Assembly: GCA_965248575.1 (NCBI GenBank)
Contig: CBDFJQ010000002.1
Location: 3,904,001 to 3,968,000, forward strand
From: Planctomycetota bacterium
GTDB taxonomy: Bacteria; Planctomycetota; B15-G4
Length of the DNA: 64,000 nucleotides
Direction: 5' to 3'
Part shown: positions 1 through 7,275 of the stretch, in pieces
Layout of the letters: the number at the start of each line of letters is the position of its first letter
Numbering within the stretch: the first letter of the stretch is position 1
The notes under the pieces: model-generated
Seen by the model: only the letters and a program-made list of their open reading frames with translations
Told to the model about the DNA's origin: nothing
The model's database searches: none
Program-made: the position numbers and the translations under genes

Positions 1-501
1 CCGCTGGGGGAGGCCGCCGTGGACATGGGCCCGTTGGCCCGGCGGGATCTGCGCGACACACTGCATGAACAGGTGAGGCGCAGCGTCTTGTCCGGGGCGC
101 GCCTGCTCCTGGGGGGAGAGCTGCCCGAGGGCTCTGGGGCGTATTATCCGCCGACCGTCCTGACAGATGTGCAGCCCGGCATGCCGGCTTTCGACGAAGA
201 GACGTTCGGGCCGGTGGCAGCCATCGTTCCAGTGTCCGATGAGCGCGAGGCCGTGCAGCTGGCGAACGCGACGCCATACGGGCTGGGTGCTGCGGTCTTC
301 ACCGCAGATGAGGCGCGCGGGCAGCGTCTTGCCATGGACGAACTGCAGGCCGGGAATGTGGCAGTCAACAGCATGGTGATCTCTGACCCGCGCCTGCCCT
401 TCGGCGGCATCAAGGCCAGCGGCTTTGGTCGGGAATTGGGGGAGCTGGGTTTCCGGGAATTCACCAACCCGAAGAGCCTGCGCTTACCCGCCGGTAGCTG
501 A
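1..501 (+). CDS. Aldehyde dehydrogenase family protein (succinate-semialdehyde dehydrogenase-like), 5'-truncated by the window edge
   Basis: ALDH C-terminal motifs EETFGPV, ANATPYGLGAAVFT and PFGGIKASGFGRE; the frame is open to the window start. Confidence 0.9.
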   Translation, partial: PLGEAAVDMGPLARRDLRDTLHEQVRRSVLSGARLLLGGELPEGSGAYYPPTVLTDVQPGMPAFDEETFGPVAAIVPVSDEREAVQLANATPYGLGAAVFTADEARGQRLAMDELQAGNVAVNSMVISDPRLPFGGIKASGFGRELGELGFREFTNPKSLRLPAGS

Positions 502-690
502 CGCTTCTGTCATCGAGGTCTGCTGAGCACAGCCGAAAGAGCTGTTCTAGCGACGGTGGCCTTCACTCCAGAACGCTGCGTCGCGACCGACTCGACGACG
601 CGCGCCGTCGACCCGCGCTGGTGGCGAAACCGTCATGGCTCCTGGGTTCCGTTCCACACGAAAGTAGGTGTGTTGAGCGCCCGCGGTTGT

Positions 691-710
691 AGGTGACGGC
701 ACCGTCACCT
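691..710. promoter_or_regulatory. Perfect 9-2-9 palindrome AGGTGACGG-CA-CCGTCACCT, candidate operator
   Basis: Seen directly in the intergenic region about 90 nt before the ATG at 798. Confidence 0.3.
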
Positions 711-797
711 GTCCTCACGTCAGTTGTAGGCGCCAGCATTCGTATGAGTGTTCTCCTTGCGCAGATGTCTGCGCTCATGACACCGAGACGTGACGCC

Positions 798-1475
798 ATG
801 TATCCAACCTCCCGCCGGATCGCCGAGACGCCTTGCAGCCTTCTGTGGGCCGCATCGTCCCAGGCGTCACGACAGCGCCTCGAGTCCTGCGTGGCCCGAG
901 TCTATGCCTCAAGCTACGACGCAAGAATCAGCCACTTCCACGACCTGCTGCTCGGTGCAACCAATGCACAGGGTGAGTTGCTCGGAGTGATCGGCGCGAC
1001 GGCCGCCAAGAGCGCGGAGCTGTTCCTGGAATCGTACATGCGGGAGCCGGTGGAGATGGTCCTGGCTCATCGCACGGGTCGATCGGTTCAGCGGGGCGAC
1101 ATCTTCGAGGTGGGCAACCTGGCCGCCGAGCGCGCCGGGGCGGCACGCGGGCTGGTGACGAGCCTTGCCGAAAACCTCCGCGAGCGAGGCACCCGCTGGG
1201 TGGTCCTCACCGGGACCACTCGCGTCCGTCACATCCTGCGCAAGCTGGGCGCGAAGCTGGTGGACCTTGGCCCTGCCGAGGGATCTGACCTGGGGGCGGC
1301 GCAGGGCGAGTGGGGCCGTTATTACGAGCATGACCCGCGCATCGTCGCCGTGGAGCTGGCTCCCTTCTGTGCCAGCTTCGAGCGGGACACGCCCCTGTCG
1401 CAGCGGTTGCGAAGCCTGTGGACCCGGGCGCGGCTCGGGTGGTCGACTGCTCTGCCCATCGAGCGACCGGCATGA
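798..1475 (+). CDS. Thermostable hemolysin family protein (T_hemolysin, GNAT-clan fold)
   Basis: Motifs YDARISHF, LFLESY..P.E, IFEVGNLA, WVVLTGT and WGRYYEHDP; first gene of a coupled operon (ATGA overlap at 1472-1475). Confidence 0.8.
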   Translation: MYPTSRRIAETPCSLLWAASSQASRQRLESCVARVYASSYDARISHFHDLLLGATNAQGELLGVIGATAAKSAELFLESYMREPVEMVLAHRTGRSVQRGDIFEVGNLAAERAGAARGLVTSLAENLRERGTRWVVLTGTTRVRHILRKLGAKLVDLGPAEGSDLGAAQGEWGRYYEHDPRIVAVELAPFCASFERDTPLSQRLRSLWTRARLGWSTALPIERPA

Positions 1476-3010
1476 AGGGTTTCTGGGACTCTTTGCGTTT
1501 CCAGCCGGAAGAGCATCTGGCCTTGGTCGATGCTCGCGGACGGTCGCTGACCTACGGCGCCCTCCGGGAGCAGCTGGAGCGAGCCTCGGCGCAGTTCAGC
1601 GAGCGCGGTGTGCAGCGGGTTTGCTGCTTCCTGCCCAACAGCATCGCCACCGTCGTGCAACTGCTGGGAGCCTTGGACGCCGGTGTGACTCTGATCCCCG
1701 TGGCGCCCTTCGCCTCCTCGGAGCAGATGGCTCACGTCCTGGCGACCTGCGTCCCCGATTGCATCTTGACGGTGCGGGATGCTCCGGAGGCTGTGACCAG
1801 CTACGCGCGGGGAGCGGATTGCCAGGAGCTTCCCTTCCCCACGGGACTGCTCGGCACAGAGGGCATGCTCTGGCTCTCCAAGCAGACGCCCGCGGGCGGC
1901 TTGGGATCACAGCTGGCCGGCGATGATGCACCCGCGCTGGTGACCTTCACCTCCGGGTCCACGGGCAGACCCAAGGGCGCTTGTCTGGACGCTCGAACGC
2001 TGGACGCGACATCGGCAGCCCTGCAGGGCGCGACGGCCATGAACGGCAGCGACCGTCACCTCTGCCTGCACCCCTTTGCGGTCCTGCTGGAACTGGTGGG
2101 AGGCTTGCTGCGGCCGCTGCGCGCTGGTGCCCAGGTGCACTTGCCCGAGCTGGAGCCGGGACTGGTTTGTTGTTCCGAGGGTCCCGCCATCGTTAGAGGC
2201 CTAGCCATGGCCCGTGCCACGTCCGCCATCCTGGTTCCGGAGATGCTGGGCGAACTGGTGCGGGTTCTGGAGTCGGCGGAGCCTGGCGAGCTTACGGCCG
2301 CTACGCGCGCGCTGCGTTTCGTGGGCGTCGGTGGTGCCGTTCTGCCCGGACCCCTGCTGCGAAGGAGCGAGGCCCTGGGGCTGTCGGTTTTTCAGGGCTA
2401 TGGGGCGACCGAATGTGGTTCGGTCATCGCCCTCAATGGGCCCGGCGCCAATCGCGTGGGAAGCGTGGGCCGCCCGCTGCCGCACCTGGACGTCTCGATT
2501 GCCGAGGACGGCGAAGTGCTCGTGGGTGGACACCTGTTTCGCGGGTACGTGGGAGATGCGTGCCACCAGCACGGCAGATCGGGCGAGGTCACGCCCTGGC
2601 ACACGGGCGACCTGGGTTTCCTGGACGACCAGGGCTTCCTGCATCTGCGTGGTCGGAAGAGCAACGTCTTCTCGACGCCGTTGGGGCGCAACGTCTCAGC
2701 GGAGTGGTTGGAGTCGCGCTTACTTGCACTCCCAGCGGTCCAGCAGGCGGTGGTCTTCGGCGAGGGTTTCCCTGCGCCGGTGGCGGTCCTCAGCCTGTGG
2801 CCGGAGGGGGCCGAAGACATCGCGACCCAAGTCCACGAACTGAATGAATCCCTGCCGTCCTATGCACGGCTGCATCGCTTCCACGTGAGCCCTGTGCCGC
2901 TCTCGGTCGAGCAAGGCCTGTGGTGTGCCACGGGCCGGCCCAAGCGAGCAGCCATCTTTCAGGCCTTCGAACCCTTCCTACGTTTCTCAGAAGCTCCGGT
3001 GTGCCCGTAG
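1472..3010 (+). CDS. AMP-binding enzyme / long-chain acyl-CoA ligase-like
   Basis: TFTSGSTGRPKG P-loop, QGYGATE, HTGDLG and GRK motifs; ATGA overlap with the upstream gene. Confidence 0.88.
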   Translation: MKGFWDSLRFQPEEHLALVDARGRSLTYGALREQLERASAQFSERGVQRVCCFLPNSIATVVQLLGALDAGVTLIPVAPFASSEQMAHVLATCVPDCILTVRDAPEAVTSYARGADCQELPFPTGLLGTEGMLWLSKQTPAGGLGSQLAGDDAPALVTFTSGSTGRPKGACLDARTLDATSAALQGATAMNGSDRHLCLHPFAVLLELVGGLLRPLRAGAQVHLPELEPGLVCCSEGPAIVRGLAMARATSAILVPEMLGELVRVLESAEPGELTAATRALRFVGVGGAVLPGPLLRRSEALGLSVFQGYGATECGSVIALNGPGANRVGSVGRPLPHLDVSIAEDGEVLVGGHLFRGYVGDACHQHGRSGEVTPWHTGDLGFLDDQGFLHLRGRKSNVFSTPLGRNVSAEWLESRLLALPAVQQAVVFGEGFPAPVAVLSLWPEGAEDIATQVHELNESLPSYARLHRFHVSPVPLSVEQGLWCATGRPKRAAIFQAFEPFLRFSEAPVCP

Positions 3011-3039
3011 TCACTTCCCCTCCCCTTCCGGTTGTCCTC

Positions 3040-3729
3040 ATGTTGTCTCCCGTCTCCACCCTGTCCCGCCTGGATCACCTGCGCCTCAACACGCGCAAAG
3101 AGCAGGACGCGTTGCTCCAGATACCCTTCGTCAGAGCCGCTGTGGCCGGCGAGCTGAGCCTGGGCGAGTACGTCGCCTTCCTGGGCCAGGCCTATCATCA
3201 CGTGAAGCACACGGTGCCGTTGCTCATGGCCTCGGGTGCGGCGCTTGGGTCGGAGCGCCCGCAGTTGCAATCAGCCTTCGTCCACTACGTGGAGGAGGAA
3301 CGCGGCCATGAGCAGTGGATCCTGAACGACATCGAAGCCTGCGGTGGCGATGCGCAGGCCGTGTGCGAGGCAGAGCCAGGTGATGCCTGCGAGTTGCTGG
3401 TGTCCTACGCCTATGACGTCATCCGGCGCCGGGGGCCTGTGGCCTTCCTCGGCATGGTGCATGTGCTTGAGGGCACCAGCGTGCTGGCCGCGAGCCAGGC
3501 AGCTGCAGCTCTCGAAAAGTCCCTGCAGTTGCCGGACAGCGCCTTCACCTACCTCTCAAGCCACGGGTCCCTCGACCTGGATCACGTGGACTTCTTTGGT
3601 GGCGTGCTCGACCTCTTGGAGCTGGACGAGATGGCGCTCGTGTCCGACAGGGCGCGGCTCTTCTACGGCTTGTACGGAGATGTGCTGCGCTCGCTGTCAC
3701 CTACTGAACCCTGGGAGAGTGAAGGATGA
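3040..3729 (+). CDS. Heme-oxygenase-like / TenA-family iron-containing redox enzyme
   Basis: YHHVKHTVPLL, EEERGHEQWILND, VLEG and SHGSLDLDH diiron-type ligand pattern. Confidence 0.8.
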   Translation: MLSPVSTLSRLDHLRLNTRKEQDALLQIPFVRAAVAGELSLGEYVAFLGQAYHHVKHTVPLLMASGAALGSERPQLQSAFVHYVEEERGHEQWILNDIEACGGDAQAVCEAEPGDACELLVSYAYDVIRRRGPVAFLGMVHVLEGTSVLAASQAAAALEKSLQLPDSAFTYLSSHGSLDLDHVDFFGGVLDLLELDEMALVSDRARLFYGLYGDVLRSLSPTEPWESEG

Positions 3730-4616
3730 AGAACCGCCGCATCATGATCACGGGGGCAAGCCACGGCATCGGGCGTCAGACTGCCCTGCAGTTGGCGGCC
3801 CAAGGAGCCTGCGTTGTGCTCGTCGCCCGTTCGGCGGATGCTTTGGAGCAGCTCGCCGACGAGATCGTCCAGGCCGGGGGCACGGGTTACGCCTTGCCGG
3901 CCGATTTGACGGATGCGAGAGAACGGGCCTATCTCATCCGCGAGGCCGTGCGTTGGATGGGGGGCTTGGACACCCTGGTCAACGTAGCGGGCAGCTCCCC
4001 TTTCGGGCCCTTCGAGGCCGAGACGGCCGAGAGCCTGGAGCGCCTTGTGAGTTTGAACGTGTTGGCACCGATGGAGCTGAGTCGAGCGGCCGTGGAGCAC
4101 TTCAAGGAACAAGGGCGGGGGCAGTTGGTCCAGGTCGGTTCCATCTTCGGGTCTGTTGGGTTCCCGCATTTCGCGGCCTATTCGGCGACGAAGTTCGCCA
4201 TGCGTGGTTTTAGTGAAGCGCTGCGCCGCGAGTTGGCAGGCACCGGTGTGGACGTCACCTATGTCGCGCCCCGGGCCACGGACACCCGACAAACGGGTGC
4301 CTATGCCGACATGGTGGAGGCGACCAAGATGCATCTCGACACACCCGAGTACGTGGCGACACGCATCGTCGAGGCCATCCAGCGCTCGGCGAAGGATGTC
4401 TACATCGGGAAGCCTGAATCGATCTTCGTCAAGCTGAACGCGCGTTGGCCGCGTCTGGTCGACCGACTCATGGCCAAGCAGACTCAGCAGGCCCGCCCGT
4501 TCGCCGAGGCCGCCGTCCTGCGCCGCGCCAAGCAGCTCGAACACCCATCCTCGACAGCGGCGGAGTCAGTCGCTGTAGCTCCCCCTCTCGGAAAGACGGA
4601 AACATGTCCCTCATGA
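3726..4616 (+). CDS. Short-chain dehydrogenase/reductase
   Basis: TGASHGIG, NVAG and YSATK motifs; ATGA overlap. Confidence 0.92.
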   Translation: MKNRRIMITGASHGIGRQTALQLAAQGACVVLVARSADALEQLADEIVQAGGTGYALPADLTDARERAYLIREAVRWMGGLDTLVNVAGSSPFGPFEAETAESLERLVSLNVLAPMELSRAAVEHFKEQGRGQLVQVGSIFGSVGFPHFAAYSATKFAMRGFSEALRRELAGTGVDVTYVAPRATDTRQTGAYADMVEATKMHLDTPEYVATRIVEAIQRSAKDVYIGKPESIFVKLNARWPRLVDRLMAKQTQQARPFAEAAVLRRAKQLEHPSSTAAESVAVAPPLGKTETCPS

Positions 4617-4999
4617 CCGATTCATCCTCAGCGCCGTGGCAGCACTGGGCTGTGTTGGGCCTGCGCATTCTACTGGCAGCTTTCTTCGTGTTTGTCGCCG
4701 TGCGCAACCTGAAGGGCGACGAGGCCATGGCCGCGGACTTCGAGCGCTGGGGCTACGCCGGTTGGTTCCGTCAGCTCACCGCCTGGCTGCAGATTGCTGG
4801 CGCCGTGGCGCTGCTGCTGCCGGTGTCGGGCGCCCCCTTCGCAGGGGGGATGCTCCTGGCCTGCATCCTCGTGGGAGCCACCGTGACGCATGTGCGCTTC
4901 GATCCACCGACAGCGGCCCTGTCACCCCTGCTGTTCCTGGCTCTGGTGAGCGTGATTCTCGTTGCCTGCCGGCCCGGCCGAGAGGCGCTGAGCAGCTAG
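4613..4999 (+). CDS. DoxX-like membrane protein
   Basis: About 4 hydrophobic segments with LRILLAAFF, FERWGY..WF and GATVTH; ATGA overlap with the SDR stop. Confidence 0.7.
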   Translation: MTDSSSAPWQHWAVLGLRILLAAFFVFVAVRNLKGDEAMAADFERWGYAGWFRQLTAWLQIAGAVALLLPVSGAPFAGGMLLACILVGATVTHVRFDPPTAALSPLLFLALVSVILVACRPGREALSS

Positions 5000-7068
5000 C
5001 GCTTGCCGTTCATCCACTGGGCCCACCAGTCGAGGTACTGGTGCAGGCGGTGTAGCCGCATGTCGGGCGGTCCGGCTCGGGACATGCCGTGGCTCGTGTT
5101 GCGCGGGTAGCGTACGAAGCGGGTGGGCACGCCGTTCATCGAGAGCGCTGAGTAGGCCTGTTCGCTTTCAGCCACGTTGCAGCGCAGGTCACCCTCGCTG
5201 TGGACGATCAGCGTCGGTGTGCGGGCGTTGCCCAGGTGCTTGAGGGGGCTCATGTCCCAGAGCGCCTTGGTTTCGTCCCACGCGTTGCCTGGCAGATAGC
5301 TGTCGGGCCAGATGTAGACGTCGCTGGCGCCCCACATGCTCACCATGTTGGACACGCAGCGGTCGGAGATGGCAGCGCGGAACATGCGCGTGTGGCCGAT
5401 GGCCCAGAGCGTCATGAAGCCGCCGAAGCTGCCGCCCGAGATGCCCATGCGTTTCACGTCGCAGAAGGGCTTGGTGGCCATGTCCTTGGCGACCGCCTCG
5501 ACGTCGTCCCAGTCCTTGGTGCCCCAGGCGTGGGTGTTGCCGTCCGTGAACGCCTTCCCGTAGCCCTTGCTGCCTCGGGGGTTGCTGAAGACCACGGCAT
5601 GACCGGCGGCGGCCATCACCTGGAACTCGTGGAAAAAGGCCCAACCGTATTGTGCGTGAGGGCCGCCGTGTACCTGGAGCAGCGTGGGCCGCTTGCGGGT
5701 CTTGCTCGCGCCTGGCGGGAGCATGGTCCAGACCTGGACCCGGGTGCCGTCCTTCGACTTGATCCAATGCGAGCTGGGCTTGCTCAGGTTGAGAGTCGCC
5801 AAGAAGGGTGCGTTCAGGTCGCAGAGCTTGCGCAGGGTGAGCGTCGCGCCCTTTTCGAGCAGGGTGTTCGCGGGCACTTCGGCGACGTGCACCTCGCCGA
5901 GATGCGTGGCGTCACCACGCACGAGGGTCAGCCGGGATCCCTTGGCAGACAGGTTGCCCAGGTTGTTCTGTGTGTGGCCCGTGGTGTGGAAGCGCAGGGC
6001 GCCGCCCCTGGCTGAGACGCTGGCGATGTGGGTTTCGCCGTGCCAACCGATCTGTACGAAGAGCCGCTTTCCGTCGGGAGCCCAGCAATAGGTCGATGCG
6101 AAGGCGACCTCGGAGCTGTCGCTGATGTTCGCGGCCAGCAGGCAGTAGTCCTCGCGGCCCGTGATGTTCTTGGCCGTGCCCTTGCTCAGGTCGGCGACCC
6201 ACAGGTCGGTGTTGTCGCCGGGGTTCTTGCCGTCCTTGTCGGAGCAGTCGAACGCCAGGCGCTTGCCGTCTGGTGACCATTGGAAGTTGCTCTTCGAGCC
6301 ACCCGGCATGCCTCGCACGGGCTTGAGCTTCCCGTTGCTTACCTGGAGGCGCATGACCTCCGAGGTCCAGGGCTTGGCGTAGAAGTGCTTGTCGCGCGAC
6401 AGGCAGAGAGCGACCTCCCTGCCATTGGGCGAGATGTCGAAGCTGAAGATGCCCAGCTTGTCCTTGGTGTAGAGCGGGCGGTGCGCGCCCGTCTCTGCAT
6501 CCACGGCATAGAGGTGGAAGCGCTGGCCATTGAAGTAGCCGTCGCCGTCGTAGCGGTACCATGGATCATCGAGCACGCGCGGCGGGTCGCACGCGCCGCT
6601 CTTCTTGCGAGCCTCGCACGCAGCTTCAGTCCAGTCCGGGTCTTGTTCGCGGAAGCTCACGGCGAGCCAGCGACCGTCCGGCGACCACTTGTAGCCACCG
6701 AGAGTGCCTTCCGGGAAGCTGGTCAGCACTCGCGCCTCTCCACCTTGAGGATCGATGAGTGCGAGCTGCGGCTGGCCCTTGCTGCGATGGCTGACGAACG
6801 CGATGCGGGAACCGTCGGGCGCCCACTCGGGGGCGCTGTCCTTGTCGCCGTGGGTGAAGCGAGCGGCGGGGGCGTCGGGGCCTGCGAGCCAGAGGTTCGT
6901 GAGGTACTCGTTCTTCTCGCCGAAGGTCTTGACGGTGAAGACGGTCGTCTCGCCATCAGGAGAGAGTCGGGGGCCGCCCACGAGCTTGAGGCTGAGCAGA
7001 TCCTCTGCTGTCATGAGCCGCTTCTTGGCGGGCTTGCGCCTGGTGTTCTGGCGCTTGGTGGTTGGCAT
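4996..7068 (-). CDS. S9 family peptidase (acylaminoacyl/prolyl oligopeptidase) with N-terminal PD40 beta-propeller
   Basis: Repeated W(S/A)PDG motifs, VHGGPH, GGSFGG nucleophile, HSEGDLRC and SHG; start chosen at ATG 7068. Confidence 0.92.
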   Translation of the reverse strand: MPTTKRQNTRRKPAKKRLMTAEDLLSLKLVGGPRLSPDGETTVFTVKTFGEKNEYLTNLWLAGPDAPAARFTHGDKDSAPEWAPDGSRIAFVSHRSKGQPQLALIDPQGGEARVLTSFPEGTLGGYKWSPDGRWLAVSFREQDPDWTEAACEARKKSGACDPPRVLDDPWYRYDGDGYFNGQRFHLYAVDAETGAHRPLYTKDKLGIFSFDISPNGREVALCLSRDKHFYAKPWTSEVMRLQVSNGKLKPVRGMPGGSKSNFQWSPDGKRLAFDCSDKDGKNPGDNTDLWVADLSKGTAKNITGREDYCLLAANISDSSEVAFASTYCWAPDGKRLFVQIGWHGETHIASVSARGGALRFHTTGHTQNNLGNLSAKGSRLTLVRGDATHLGEVHVAEVPANTLLEKGATLTLRKLCDLNAPFLATLNLSKPSSHWIKSKDGTRVQVWTMLPPGASKTRKRPTLLQVHGGPHAQYGWAFFHEFQVMAAAGHAVVFSNPRGSKGYGKAFTDGNTHAWGTKDWDDVEAVAKDMATKPFCDVKRMGISGGSFGGFMTLWAIGHTRMFRAAISDRCVSNMVSMWGASDVYIWPDSYLPGNAWDETKALWDMSPLKHLGNARTPTLIVHSEGDLRCNVAESEQAYSALSMNGVPTRFVRYPRNTSHGMSRAGPPDMRLHRLHQYLDWWAQWMNGKR

Positions 7069-7275
7069 GGCGTCCACTCCCGGTCGGCGAGTCGCGCCCA
7101 CCGTCCGCGAGTGTTCCACGGACCGTCAAGGAGTGGGCTGCGCAAACGCAGGACCCTACCATTCAAGCCTCAGGGACTCGTTCGCCCAGGAAGGGCGAAA
7201 GCTTGGCGTTGCGTGAACCGGGGCGTGAACCGGGGCAGGGACAGACGGCCGAGGCCGAGTGCCGGGGGACGACGG

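Noticed and set aside
798..1475. Hemolytic toxin / virulence factor
   Set aside because: The name is a family label only; there is no signal peptide, and the gene is coupled to biosynthetic enzymes.
7211..7236. 12-nt tandem duplication GCGTGAACCGGG x2 between the peptidase genes
   Set aside because: Only two copies and no further structure; most likely slippage.
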